This document shows, piece by piece, positions 39,581 to 49,693 of a stretch of 64,000 nucleotides of DNA (within the stretch, counting starts at the first letter, position 1; every line of letters starts with the position of its first letter). Source of the DNA: Candidatus Bathyarchaeota archaeon (GTDB lineage Archaea > Thermoproteota > Bathyarchaeia > 40CM-2-53-6); contig VBBP01000055.1 of the NCBI GenBank assembly GCA_005884195.1, forward strand, positions 15,021-79,020, given 5' to 3'. The position numbers were made by a program, and so were the translations under genes. The notes under the pieces were generated by a model that had not been told where the DNA came from, searched no databases, and worked only from the letters and a program-made list of their open reading frames with translations.

Positions 39581-40408
39581 ATGGAAGAGCAATCGATTCC
39601 CATCGGTATGCTTCTGCAGAAAGCTGCTAAGATTCGAGCCCATATTCTTGAGATGGTGGCGGAGGCAAAGTCGGGCCATCCCGGTGGCAGCCTTTCGGCC
39701 GTCGAGATCCTCGTCTCATTATTTTTCTACAAGATGCGACATGACCCTAAGCGCCCAGACTGGCCAGATCGTGACCGGTTCGTCCTGTCCAAGGGACACG
39801 CTGCACCGGTCCTTTTTTCGACCCTAGCAGAAGCTGGTTATCTCCCAACAAGCGAACTCAAAACTCTACGGAAGATCAACAGCCGTCTACAAGGCCACCC
39901 CGACCATAGGGTCCCAGGCGTAGAGTTTCCTGGAGGTTCATTGGGAATTGGTCTTTCGGCCGCAATAGGCATGGCCCTTGCTGGAAAGGTGGACAAGAAA
40001 GACTATCGGGTATACGCCCTTCTTGGTGACGGTGAACTCGATGAGGGAGAAACCTGGGAGGCGGCAATGGCTGCACCGAAATTCAAACTTGACAATCTAA
40101 CCGCAATCGTCGACAGAAACGGAATACAGCAAGACGGTCTGACGGAGCAAATCATGCCCATGGAACCCGTGGGCTACAAGTGGAAGGCGTTCAATTGGCA
40201 TGTCTTGGAAGTTGACGGTTTTGACTTTCGTCAAGTAATCGACGCGTTGGAAAAGGCGGAAAGCATGAGAAACAGACCAACTGTGATTATCGCCCATACC
40301 GTCAAAGGGAAAGGAGTCTCCTTCATGGAGTGGGATCCCGCCTACCACGGGAAAGCACCGGACAAAGACACTGTCCGTAAGCTCGTAAAGACGATGTTGG
40401 AAGAATGA
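39581..40408 (+). CDS. Transketolase N-terminal subunit
   Basis: GHPGGSLS, DRFVLSKGH, LQGHP, GDGELDEG, TVKGKG. Confidence 0.95.
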   Translation: MEEQSIPIGMLLQKAAKIRAHILEMVAEAKSGHPGGSLSAVEILVSLFFYKMRHDPKRPDWPDRDRFVLSKGHAAPVLFSTLAEAGYLPTSELKTLRKINSRLQGHPDHRVPGVEFPGGSLGIGLSAAIGMALAGKVDKKDYRVYALLGDGELDEGETWEAAMAAPKFKLDNLTAIVDRNGIQQDGLTEQIMPMEPVGYKWKAFNWHVLEVDGFDFRQVIDALEKAESMRNRPTVIIAHTVKGKGVSFMEWDPAYHGKAPDKDTVRKLVKTMLEE

Positions 40409-41091
40409 AAGAAGTTAAGATCGCGCCTTCGATTCTGGCGGCTGATCATGCTGACTTGAAGGGTGAGATCAGTAGAGTTGAGGAGGCTGGTGCTGATATG
40501 ATTCATGTAGATGTTGCAGATGGACACTTTGCTCCCAACATAAGTCTGGGACCCGATACCGTTAGGGCAATTCGTAAGGTGACGAAACTCCCTCTTGATA
40601 TTCATCTGATGATAACGAACCCTGAGAAATTCTACGAGCCTTTTCTCTCCGCAGGCGGTGACATCATAACGGTTCATGCAGAGTCTACCAGCCGCTCGTT
40701 TCTCAACAAGCTGTCAAAGGAAGTTCACCAGAAAGGCAAGAAGGTGGGTCTTGCGCTGAAGCCGTCCACCTCACTTCCATATTGGCTAGGAAAAAAGACG
40801 AATCCTTTTGACGTCATTCTCGTCCTTTCAGTTAATCCAGGATTTCCAGGTCAAGCATTCATGCCGCGCGTTATTCCCAAGGTAAGGAAGGTCGCAAGAC
40901 TCGCTGACTCGGGAGAATTAGACGTGGAGGTTGACGGGGGAGTGGACCAGGAGAATGCGTCGGTAATAGTTGAAGCAGGAGCTAGTGTGTTGGTCGCGGG
41001 AGCTTCCATCTTTCGGAAAGGTGATGTTAAATCCGCTCTCCAGGATATGAGGGCCGTCATTCAGAGGACTATGAGAGAGGTTCCAGCATAA
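40405..41091 (+). CDS. rpe: Ribulose-phosphate 3-epimerase
   Basis: IAPSILAAD, HVDVADGHF, DIHLM, SVNPGF, VDGG. Confidence 0.96.
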   Translation: MKEVKIAPSILAADHADLKGEISRVEEAGADMIHVDVADGHFAPNISLGPDTVRAIRKVTKLPLDIHLMITNPEKFYEPFLSAGGDIITVHAESTSRSFLNKLSKEVHQKGKKVGLALKPSTSLPYWLGKKTNPFDVILVLSVNPGFPGQAFMPRVIPKVRKVARLADSGELDVEVDGGVDQENASVIVEAGASVLVAGASIFRKGDVKSALQDMRAVIQRTMREVPA

Positions 41092-42032
41092 TGCTCGTCC
41101 AGCTAGCTTCAATGCGTGATGCGTATGCTGAGGTTCTGTTGGAGCTTGGTGAGGAAGATTCGAGGGTGGTTGTTGTAGGCGCAGACACGTCTGTATCCAT
41201 TAAGACTAGCTTGTTCGGGGATCGCTATCCTGAGCGGTTCTTCAATGTGGGAATCGCCGAGGCTAACATGATGGGCATAGCGGCAGGGCTCGCGCTCGCT
41301 GGGAAGATACCCTTTGTCACAACCTACGCAGCCTTCGTGCCTGGCAAATGCCTCGATCAGATTCGCAATGCAATCGCTTATCCCAATCTCAACGTGAAGA
41401 TCGTCTCTTCCCATGGCGGATTGACAGTCGGGCCAGATGGTGCTTCGCATCAAACGATAGAAGATGTGGCAGCGATGAGAGCTGTTCCCCGAATGCATGT
41501 TATCGTCCCTGCAGATGCTCCCTCCACCAGGTCTCTGGTTGCCCAGGCATGCAGGACCCTCGGCCCCTTCTACATCCGTCTCAGCAGGCCCAGTGTCCCC
41601 ACGATCTACTCCGCTTCCAAAGATGTGGAGGTTGGAAAGGCCAAGATTCTCAAGGAGGGCTCGGACATCGGGATCATTGCTTGTGGAATAATGGTCAATG
41701 AGGCAATGGAGGCCGCAGAAGCCCTATCGAAGATGGGAGTCTCCGCGGAGATTGTTGACTCTCACACCGTGAAGCCTCTGGATTCCGAGACAATTATTCG
41801 GGTTGCAAAGAAGACTGGAGCACTTGTGACCGCTGAAGAGCAGAACATAATCGGAGGGTTAGGAGGGGCGGTCGCCGAAGCTGTTACTGAATCATATCCA
41901 GTTCGAGTTTCGAGAATTGGAGTAAGGGATACGTTTGGAGAGTCAGGAGAGCACAAAGAGCTCATGGTCAAGTACGGTTTGACCCCAAAGGAAATAACAC
42001 GCGCCGCGAAACATCTCGTCGATTCCAGGTGA
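41091..42032 (+). CDS. Transketolase C-terminal subunit
   Basis: NVGIAEANM, GPDGASHQ, YIRLSR, TVKPLD, GGLGGAV. Confidence 0.95.
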   Translation: MLVQLASMRDAYAEVLLELGEEDSRVVVVGADTSVSIKTSLFGDRYPERFFNVGIAEANMMGIAAGLALAGKIPFVTTYAAFVPGKCLDQIRNAIAYPNLNVKIVSSHGGLTVGPDGASHQTIEDVAAMRAVPRMHVIVPADAPSTRSLVAQACRTLGPFYIRLSRPSVPTIYSASKDVEVGKAKILKEGSDIGIIACGIMVNEAMEAAEALSKMGVSAEIVDSHTVKPLDSETIIRVAKKTGALVTAEEQNIIGGLGGAVAEAVTESYPVRVSRIGVRDTFGESGEHKELMVKYGLTPKEITRAAKHLVDSR

Positions 42033-42038
42033 CCCATC

Positions 42039-42740
42039 TCGAAGATATTCCTTGATACTGCCAATGTGTCTTCGATCAAAACCTTCGCCGATATGGGAGT
42101 GCTTGACGGCATCACCACCAATCCAACGCTCATCGCGAAGGAGAACAGAGAATTTCTTGAGCTTGTATCTGAAATTCTTCAGATCGTACAGGGTCCAGTA
42201 AACCTTGAGGTCGTAAGCCAGAACACTGAGGGAATGTTACAAGAGGCTCACAACCTTGCATCGCTAAGCCCGAACGTTGTCGTCAAGTGTCCGATGACGA
42301 GTGCGGGCATGGTAGCAGTCAAGACGCTCAGCAAAGAAGGAATCAACACGAACGTCACCCTCGTCTTCTCGCCCAATCAAGCCCTACTAGCTGCAAAAGC
42401 AGGAGCTACCTACGTTAGCCCGTTCATAGGCCGCTTGGACGATGCGGGACATGAGGGAATGAAGGTGATTGAGGATACGTTGCGGATTTATCGAAATTAC
42501 GAGATCGAAACCCAGGTACTAGTGGCCAGTATCCGCCACCCTGTCCACGTGGTCGATGCCGCAAAGCTAGGAGCTCATGTGGCGACAATGCCACCTGATG
42601 TACTTGAAAAGATGGTTAAGCATCCATTAACTGACATTGGCCTCAAGCGGTTTCTTGACGATTGGCAGAAGGCAGGTTTGAAACTTCCTGAACGCGGAAC
42701 TCTTGCGGCCAAGGCAAGACCTCTGGTTCAACGCGCATAA
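42039..42740 (+). CDS. tal: Transaldolase / fructose-6-phosphate aldolase family (conserved N-terminus lacks a canonical start)
   Basis: KIFLDTAN lies upstream of the track start; GITTNPTL, NVVVKCP, SPFIGRLDD, ASIR, HPLTDIG. Confidence 0.92.
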   Translation, partial: SKIFLDTANVSSIKTFADMGVLDGITTNPTLIAKENREFLELVSEILQIVQGPVNLEVVSQNTEGMLQEAHNLASLSPNVVVKCPMTSAGMVAVKTLSKEGINTNVTLVFSPNQALLAAKAGATYVSPFIGRLDDAGHEGMKVIEDTLRIYRNYEIETQVLVASIRHPVHVVDAAKLGAHVATMPPDVLEKMVKHPLTDIGLKRFLDDWQKAGLKLPERGTLAAKARPLVQRA

Positions 42741-42839
42741 TCGTCTCGCAGCTTTGCGTTGATTTTGCGGTCCGATTCCGTGAGTAAGTGGCGAGCGTTA
42801 GCCTTTTGAGGAACCTGCGATTGCTCTCGCTGTTACCCT

Positions 42840-44489
42840 TTGACTAAGTACGTCTTTGTCACGGGCGGCGTAATGTCCGGAATAGGCAAGGGTGTCATCG
42901 CCGCTTCTATCGGGAAATTAATCCAGGTCCGCGGCCTCAAAGTTACCGCTGTCAAAATTGATCCTTACCTCAACTACGACGCGGGAACTATGAATCCGTA
43001 CATTCACGGCGAGGTCTTCGTTACAGAAGACGGAGGAGAGACAGACATGGACGTGGGCACGTACGAGAGGTTCCTAGATATTAACGTCCCAAAGAATCAC
43101 AACATAACAACCGGGCAAGTGTATTTTTCCGTCATCGAGAGAGAGCGTAAAGGCGACTTTCTCGGCAAATGCGTCCAGATCATCCCCCACATAACGGATG
43201 AGATCAAGGATCGACTCCACAGAATTCCCAGAGAGGAGGGGATCGACTTCGTTTTGGTAGAAATAGGTGGAACGGTTGGCGACATTGAATCTCTTCCCTA
43301 TCTTGAGGCTGCGCGTCAACTCCGCTTGGAAGAGGGCAGCGAGAACGTTCTCAACGTCCATGTTACTCTTGTTCCTGTACTGGATGTAGTTGGAGAGCAG
43401 AAGACAAAACCCACTCAGCATAGCGTCCAAGAGCTCCGCCGAATCGGAGTGCAGCCTGACATCATTGTCGCGAGAAGCAAGGCGCCCCTCAAGCAGGAAC
43501 CGAGGAGAAAGATTGCCCTGTTCTGCAACGTAGAGGAGTCCGCTGTATTCACTTCCCAGGACATGGACAGCATCTATCAGTCCCCTCTCCTGTTAGACCA
43601 ACAAGGGCTCGGCACATTCATCACCCACCGTCTTAGGTTGCCGGAGAACCCGCCCCAGTGGAGTTCTTGGAAGAAAATGCTTGAAGAACATCTAACACAG
43701 GCCAAACAAGTTAACATCGCGATCTGCGGGAAGTACGCCGAACTCGCTGACTGTTATGTAAGCGTGAATGATGCCCTCAAGGACGCGGGAGCATCGGCAG
43801 GTGCCAAGGTCAATCTAGAATGGATCGAGACTGACGATTTTGAGAGACAGCCGGAAAATGTCCGGTTGCTGTCTCGGTTCGACGGGGTCTTGGTGCCAGG
43901 GGGATTCGGTGCGAGGGGAGCGGAGGGGAAGATTCTAGCGATCGAATATTCTCGATCGCACAACATTCCGTTCTTGGGAATATGCTACGGGTTCCAACTA
44001 GCCGTTGTAGAGTATGCAAGACACATCGGGATTAGAGACGCCGCAAGCTCTGAGCTCAACCCGGGATCAAAGAACCCTGTCATCGATCTTATGCCAGAGC
44101 AGAATGGTGTGTTAGAGAAAGGCGGCACGATGAGGCTGGGTGCGCATGAGGTCACCGTGGACGAAGGGACGACGGCCTATTCCCTATACGGTAAAGGGAA
44201 AATCTGGGAACGACACCGTCACAGGTATGAAGTGAATCCTAAGTATATTCCAGAGCTCACATCCAAAGGTTTGAAGTTCTCTGGAAGAAGCGATCTCAAT
44301 CGAAGGATGGAGATTCTTGAAGTTCCATCTAGCAGATTCCATTTTGCAACTCAGTTTCATGCAGAATTCAAGTCGCGACCAGCCAGGGCTTCACCCCCTT
44401 ACGTCGGGCTGATTCGAGCCGCGCTACAGACAGGAGGCCAGTTGGTTGAGTCTAAGCAAATCCTTTCCCAACCGGCCAAGGTCAGGTAG
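42840..44489 (+). CDS. pyrG: CTP synthase
   Basis: [39 protein letters not shown]. Confidence 0.97.
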   Translation: MTKYVFVTGGVMSGIGKGVIAASIGKLIQVRGLKVTAVKIDPYLNYDAGTMNPYIHGEVFVTEDGGETDMDVGTYERFLDINVPKNHNITTGQVYFSVIERERKGDFLGKCVQIIPHITDEIKDRLHRIPREEGIDFVLVEIGGTVGDIESLPYLEAARQLRLEEGSENVLNVHVTLVPVLDVVGEQKTKPTQHSVQELRRIGVQPDIIVARSKAPLKQEPRRKIALFCNVEESAVFTSQDMDSIYQSPLLLDQQGLGTFITHRLRLPENPPQWSSWKKMLEEHLTQAKQVNIAICGKYAELADCYVSVNDALKDAGASAGAKVNLEWIETDDFERQPENVRLLSRFDGVLVPGGFGARGAEGKILAIEYSRSHNIPFLGICYGFQLAVVEYARHIGIRDAASSELNPGSKNPVIDLMPEQNGVLEKGGTMRLGAHEVTVDEGTTAYSLYGKGKIWERHRHRYEVNPKYIPELTSKGLKFSGRSDLNRRMEILEVPSSRFHFATQFHAEFKSRPARASPPYVGLIRAALQTGGQLVESKQILSQPAKVR

Positions 44490-44494
44490 GAACG

Positions 44495-45082
44495 ATGGGA
44501 TCGCCTAGCCTGTCTGATGGATCAAAGGCAAAAGGATCGAGGATTGTTTCGACAGTCTTCTTGGCGCTTGCTTCAGTTTCCGTAGCCCTGGTGTTCGTCG
44601 TCACTTATTTGACAGCAAACGTCACCATTCCAGCAACTAAAGGCTACTTCGACTTCGGAGACATAGTAATTTTCATCGTTGCGTTAACCTTCGGTCCAAC
44701 CATTGGTGGTCTCGCAGGTGGATTAGGGTCATCTCTATCTGATGCTCTGTCAGCGGGCTCTTCGATTTACGCGCCTTTTACCCTGATTATCAAGGGACTC
44801 GAAGGATACGTTGCCGGTTACCTTGCATTCCGCAGTTTTCGAGGAAAGCTTGGGATTGCTTGGGTCTTTGCCAGTGCAATAATGGTGGGCGGCTACTTTG
44901 TTGCAGAATCCCTTGTCATCGTCGGATATCCCGCCTCCTTGTTTGAGGTACCCTTCAATGTTCTACAGGTTGTCGCCGGAGGAGTAATTGGTATCCCAAT
45001 TTCCCAGTTCCTGAGAAGGACGCTTCCTTCTAACATGATTTACTCAAGAAAGCCTACGCAAGGCAACTGGCCAAAGAGCTAG
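44495..45082 (+). CDS. ECF transporter S component
   Basis: IPATKGYFDFGD...GGLGSSLSD...APFTLIIKGLEG. Confidence 0.85.
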   Translation: MGSPSLSDGSKAKGSRIVSTVFLALASVSVALVFVVTYLTANVTIPATKGYFDFGDIVIFIVALTFGPTIGGLAGGLGSSLSDALSAGSSIYAPFTLIIKGLEGYVAGYLAFRSFRGKLGIAWVFASAIMVGGYFVAESLVIVGYPASLFEVPFNVLQVVAGGVIGIPISQFLRRTLPSNMIYSRKPTQGNWPKS

Positions 45083-45153
45083 GTCGCGACAATCAATTGT
45101 CCCATCGATCCGACCGCGCGGGATCCGCGCTATAGGCCTATGGATGAAATCTT

Positions 45154-45393
45154 CTATGGTGCAGGTTCGCTGACGCATATGTAGAGGACGTTGCTTCCTC
45201 GGACGATTAGGCTGCCGAAATTCGTGGATGGGTCTCCTCCGCGGTATTCTCTTGCTCCGTCGAGGATGATGTTCATGTGGCTGTCGCAGTCGATCATTTT
45301 GCCTCTGTACTCTGCGTCATTCTTCAGTCGGACCGAGACGTCTGCTTGCAACTTTCGCACGAGAAGGTTCAGTGGTTTTCTGGAGGGTTCCAA
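45154..45393 (-). CDS. Sm-like (Lsm/SmAP) protein
   Basis: VRLKN...YRGKMIDCDSHMNIIL...IVRGSNV. Confidence 0.9.
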   Translation of the reverse strand: MEPSRKPLNLLVRKLQADVSVRLKNDAEYRGKMIDCDSHMNIILDGAREYRGGDPSTNFGSLIVRGSNVLYICVSEPAP

Positions 45394-45501
45394 TTCGCGC
45401 CTTGTGCGGACGACTCACTACAGGGCATAAAAACTCTTGGATAAGACGAACGGAAACGCGGAGGCCCGGTACCGAATATGAATAGTGTTAGAGTGATTGA
45501 T

Positions 45502-45642
45502 TTATTCTTCTGATTCGGAGTTCTCTCTAGCCATCATTTTTTGAGTGTGTTGCTCTTTCCTGAACTCAGACTTGAGTTTTCCGCATCTGATACAACGAGT
45601 CATCGGGCCTCTTCCCCGCCATTGGTGGGAACATCCTGCCAT
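45502..45642 (-). CDS. 46-aa putative zinc-binding microprotein (not in the ORF track)
   Basis: MAGCSHQWRGRGPMTRCIRCGKLK...; CxH...CxxC pattern. Confidence 0.55.
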   Translation of the reverse strand: MAGCSHQWRGRGPMTRCIRCGKLKSEFRKEQHTQKMMARENSESEE

Positions 45643-45675
45643 TATTGTCAACAGGAAATAGGGTGCGGGTTATTC

Positions 45676-46254
45676 TTAAACTAGAGCCGAGGATTCGGAA
45701 GATGCCCCGACTCGATTTTTAGCCTTATCGAGCAAGTAAAGTTGTTCTCTATCCGATAGCGCGGTAACGAGTTCGATTCCAGTTTCTTTCGGTTGTCTCC
45801 AAGAGGTTCGATCTTTGTCCCCGAAAATCGTTATGACTAGCAAGGCGTCCACAGTTGCGATCCTCGAAATTTCATTGAAGTGTTCCTCGAAGACGGGACC
45901 TGACTCTGTCATAGATACGGAGGTAACTCCGTCGACAATACGATCCTGCAATGGCAGGTGAGAAGCGTCTGCACGGATCCACTGTATACCAAGGCTTGTC
46001 TTTCCCTGCTTGCCTTTGCGCAGCATTTGAATCGATAGATCGATTCCTAAGGCAAGTTTGCTTCTTGGTGCGATGAATCCGAGAAGTTTGCCTGTTCCGC
46101 ATCCGACGTCGACGATCATGTTGAACTCTCTTTTTCCTATGACCTGCAATACCTCTGCATGTTTCTTGTTTTGCTCCTCGCCGTAGAGCTCGTCATAACT
46201 CCTGGATAGAGCATCGTACCATTCCGTAATAGTTTCAGTGTCCTTGGCGGGCAA
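45676..46254 (-). CDS. Class I SAM-dependent methyltransferase
   Basis: VDVGCGTG, GIDLSIQML, ADASHLP; start trimmed to avoid overlap with nucS. Confidence 0.88.
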   Translation of the reverse strand: MPAKDTETITEWYDALSRSYDELYGEEQNKKHAEVLQVIGKREFNMIVDVGCGTGKLLGFIAPRSKLALGIDLSIQMLRKGKQGKTSLGIQWIRADASHLPLQDRIVDGVTSVSMTESGPVFEEHFNEISRIATVDALLVITIFGDKDRTSWRQPKETGIELVTALSDREQLYLLDKAKNRVGASSESSALV

Positions 46255-46309
46255 AGGTGTGTCAATATATTGCTCCGTTAGTGCATTGAACCTTTCGGGG
46301 TTAACCAAG

Positions 46310-47077
46310 TTGCCGGTCCTAATCTCCCCAAGCCTTGAGGAGGCTCGCAGGGAATTGGTCATCGGTCTCGAGGCTCGGAGGCTGCTGGTCATGGTTGCTT
46401 CCTGCACTGTAGAGTACTCGGGTCGGACCGGGAGTCATCTGGGGGAGGGTGAGCGGTTAGTAATTGTGAAAGGAGATGGTTGCATACTGGTCCACCGAGG
46501 GCGAGACTATCAGCCCGTCAACTGGCAGCCGTCAGGATGCATCATTCAAGCCCAGGCAAGCAATGGGACGCTAGTTCTGAAAGCGGTTCGGCCGAGTCCA
46601 CTTGAGAGTCTAACTCTCGTGGTGAAAGATGTGCAGTTTCTTGGAACATTTCTTCTGCAAGATGATGCGGAGTTTGTTCTCCACGCGAGCGAGGAGGAGA
46701 TGCAGCGAGCAATCATTCTTCAGCCTGATGTCATTGAGCAGGGTTTCAAGATCTTGGATTTTGAAAAGAAAGTACCTCCTGGATTCGTAGATGTCTATGG
46801 TGTCGACACTGAGGGGAACACGGTCGTTATCGAGATAAAGAAGGACCCGGCAGGTTTTCCGGTTATCAAGCAGCTATTGGAATATCTGAAGTATCTTCAG
46901 GCTCCCCCGGGCAAGAAGTTGCGTCCAATGATAGTCGCACCCAGCATTGCGAAGGGGGCCCAGCCTGCATTGGCAAAGTCGGGGATTGAGTTCAAACAGT
47001 TGACCCTGCAGAAGGCTGTTGCGATCTTGCAGAAATACGCGAGGTCTGATCAGCAGGCGTTGAAGAGTTGGCTTTAG
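46310..47077 (+). CDS. nucS: Endonuclease NucS/EndoMS
   Basis: CTVEYSGR, KGDGCILVH, PVNWQP, VDVYG...IEIK, QLLEY. Confidence 0.92.
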   Translation: MPVLISPSLEEARRELVIGLEARRLLVMVASCTVEYSGRTGSHLGEGERLVIVKGDGCILVHRGRDYQPVNWQPSGCIIQAQASNGTLVLKAVRPSPLESLTLVVKDVQFLGTFLLQDDAEFVLHASEEEMQRAIILQPDVIEQGFKILDFEKKVPPGFVDVYGVDTEGNTVVIEIKKDPAGFPVIKQLLEYLKYLQAPPGKKLRPMIVAPSIAKGAQPALAKSGIEFKQLTLQKAVAILQKYARSDQQALKSWL

Positions 47078-47772
47078 AGTCCGAGTCTTATGATCAGCAT
47101 TGCGTAACCTATACCGCTTTTAACAAAGCTGAGCTTGCTTGTTCCGCGCGGTCGCGGGAGGAATGTGATCGGGACATCGGTGATTGGCATGCCTTTCTTT
47201 CTGGCGCGTATGAGTAGTTCTGGTTGGATCTCGAAGTTTTTCGCTACTATTTCTTCTCTTAGAGCGTCTACAGCTTTGCATGTGTAGATTCTGAATCCCG
47301 ATGTGACATCGTTTGAGGGTATGTGGAAGATCTTCCGCATTGTCCAATTGGTGCTGGCGCTGATCATTCTCTTGACCAAGGGTAGTTCTTCGACCATTCC
47401 TTTGTTCGTGTTCCGGCTTCCTACGACTATGTCTGCAGTCTTGGCCGCGGCCATAAGGTTCTGTATCTCCTCCGGTTGATGGTTCAGGTCAGCGTCCATC
47501 GTGACGACATATTCGGTGTCCTCGTCGATGAGTCGAAATCCTTTTTTCATCGCCTTTCCCAGACCCATTCTCTCCTGGCTGTAGTGGACTTTTATCCGGG
47601 GGTTTTCCTTTGAAAGGGCCGTGAGTTTCTCGAGAGTCGCGTCCGTTCCTTCGACGATGAATATTGCCTCATAATCAGGATCGATCTTTTCGAGCGCCAA
47701 TACCAGTCTGGAGGAAAACTCGTCAATGACCTCCTCCTCGTTGTAGACTGGTATTACCGCGCTTATTCGCAA
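47074..47772 (-). CDS. GT2 glycosyltransferase (Dol-P-mannose synthase-like)
   Basis: VIPVYNEE, MDADLNH, GSR, DVTSGFR, GTSKL. Confidence 0.9.
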   Translation of the reverse strand: MRISAVIPVYNEEEVIDEFSSRLVLALEKIDPDYEAIFIVEGTDATLEKLTALSKENPRIKVHYSQERMGLGKAMKKGFRLIDEDTEYVVTMDADLNHQPEEIQNLMAAAKTADIVVGSRNTNKGMVEELPLVKRMISASTNWTMRKIFHIPSNDVTSGFRIYTCKAVDALREEIVAKNFEIQPELLIRARKKGMPITDVPITFLPRPRGTSKLSFVKSGIGYAMLIIRLGL

Positions 47773-47897
47773 TTTTGCCCCTCGACACAAGCCTAGACAG
47801 GTATATTCTGGTTTGTGGCCATCTTCCTAGCGCAGGAGATGAAAATTCCGCTGCGTGTCGCGAGCGGTCAAGCAGGCGTCCTGTATAGGGCGGGAGA

Positions 47898-49331
47898 CTA
47901 CGCCGCGACGAGTTCGTGAGAGTGCTGCTTCATGTGCTGGTAGTGTTCTGCGGGCACAAGGGACTGGAAGGCTCTATCCACAACCTCGCTAAGTGCTGGG
48001 TGAATATGGATTGAGTCGCTAATCGGCTCATACGATCCACTACCTGTATACATCAATGGTATGATCTCGTGAATGAGGATTGACGCGTACGGTCCAACAA
48101 TGTGCGCTCCAAGGATTTTCATTGTATCTGCCTCGACGATGACTTTGACGAAGAAGTCTTTCACGTTCATCGCCTCACCCTTGGCCGTGTCCTCGTACTT
48201 CTGGAACCCTATCAGCACCTTGTCCTCCCCCAGCTTCTCCATCGCCTCCTTCTCTCCTAGCCCGACGCTCGCAATTTCAGGGTAGGTGAAGACCGCGTGG
48301 GGAATTGCATGGTAGTCGACTTTGACCTTCTGTTTCAGGATCGCGTTGTAGTAAACTATCTTTGATTCATAGTTCGCAACGTGTTTGAACGGATATCTTC
48401 CATCCGCATCTCCGAGCGCCCATATGTTCGGCTGCGACGTCTCCAGATACTCGTTGACCTCTATCCAGCCTTCCTTGGTGAGCCTGATCCCTGCCTTCTC
48501 TACATGGAGAATGTCCGTGATCGGACCTCTTCCAGTCGCGACCATGATCTCTTTGGCGGATATTGTCGTGTTCTTTCCTGACTTCCGGTCGACAGTGACA
48601 AGCTCCTTCCTGTCGCCCATCTCCCTGACTTCTCTCACTTCCTGGTTTGTCAGAATCGTGATGTGCCGTTCCAGATCCTTTCTCGCCAGTGCCGAGACTT
48701 CCGGCTCTTCTTCTGGCAAGAATTGTGGATTTCTACCGACAATGGTTACTTTCGATCCCATGCTGGAGAAGAAGTGGCCGTATTCAGCGGCGATGTACCC
48801 GCCCCCGATTATCGCGATGCTCTCTGGCAGCTTTGTCAGCTTGAGGACCGTGTCGCTTGTATGGTAGTTGACCTTGTCAAGCCCTTTGATGTTAGGGATG
48901 ATGATCTTCGACCCTATACAGAGAAAAATCATCTTAGACGAAATCTCAGTCCCATCGACCTTCATCGTGTAGGGTGCAACGAATTCTGCTGGAGCATGAA
49001 AGTAGTCTATGTTCTTCGAGCTCGACAAGCCCTCTCTTATTTGATCGATATCCCGGTTGATGAGGGTCCGCATCCGCTCCATGACCATCTGAAAATCGAT
49101 ACTGGCGATCTTCGCATCGACCCCTAGCTCATGCGCTTTCTCAATCATTCTCACCAGTTCCGCAGGGTACAAGAGTATTTTCGAGGGAATGCAACCGCGG
49201 GTCAGGCATATTCCGCCCGGCTCGTCTTTGTCTATGACCGCGATCCGAATGTTCGGATTCTCCTGGATCATTGGGTCGACGATGTTCATTGCCGATCCTG
49301 TACCAATTATGATCAGATCATACTGTTTCAT
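47898..49331 (-). CDS. Pyridine nucleotide-disulfide oxidoreductase (dihydrolipoyl dehydrogenase/mycothione reductase-like)
   Basis: GGICLTRGCIPSK, IIGGGYIA, WALGD, HIHPALSE. Confidence 0.9.
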   Translation of the reverse strand: MKQYDLIIIGTGSAMNIVDPMIQENPNIRIAVIDKDEPGGICLTRGCIPSKILLYPAELVRMIEKAHELGVDAKIASIDFQMVMERMRTLINRDIDQIREGLSSSKNIDYFHAPAEFVAPYTMKVDGTEISSKMIFLCIGSKIIIPNIKGLDKVNYHTSDTVLKLTKLPESIAIIGGGYIAAEYGHFFSSMGSKVTIVGRNPQFLPEEEPEVSALARKDLERHITILTNQEVREVREMGDRKELVTVDRKSGKNTTISAKEIMVATGRGPITDILHVEKAGIRLTKEGWIEVNEYLETSQPNIWALGDADGRYPFKHVANYESKIVYYNAILKQKVKVDYHAIPHAVFTYPEIASVGLGEKEAMEKLGEDKVLIGFQKYEDTAKGEAMNVKDFFVKVIVEADTMKILGAHIVGPYASILIHEIIPLMYTGSGSYEPISDSIHIHPALSEVVDRAFQSLVPAEHYQHMKQHSHELVAA

Positions 49332-49399
49332 TCTGAATGGTCCCGGAGTTCGGGGCGGAGATAAGGATATTGACCGAGAATCGATGGTGCTTTGAGAAA

Positions 49400-49639
49400 T
49401 TATGGTTTCTTGGTGCCCTCGATTCTTTCCTTGCCCACGACGAGGATGAAGATGAGTATTCCGAGGGCGAAGGATGTGAGGCTAATCGACATGGAGACTG
49501 TGATGTCGAGGTTGAGTCGGTGGAACAGCTCGTAGTTCAGATACGCCGGAAGGATCATGAGTGCGCCCGCGATTACGACGATTACGCCTCTTAGAATGTC
49601 GTGTATTTCCGTGCCCGCTATCGTTGTCTTTGTGCCCGT
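49400..49639 (-). CDS. Small 2-TM membrane protein (non-canonical start, ACG proposed)
   Basis: Manual translation: GTKTTIAGTEIHDILRGVIVVIAGALMILPAY...LGILIFILVVGKE; GGTGA 7 nt upstream of the ACG. Confidence 0.55.
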   Translation of the reverse strand, partial: TGTKTTIAGTEIHDILRGVIVVIAGALMILPAYLNYELFHRLNLDITVSMSISLTSFALGILIFILVVGKERIEGTKKP

Positions 49640-49693
49640 TGGTAACTCACCCGCTACTGATGTATTCCAGAAATGGCCCCGTATATAGATGAT

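Noticed and set aside
46238..46407. 170-bp head-to-head overlap of nucS and the methyltransferase gene
   Set aside because: Artefact of longest-ORF starts; TTG 46310 and TTG 46254 give non-overlapping divergent genes
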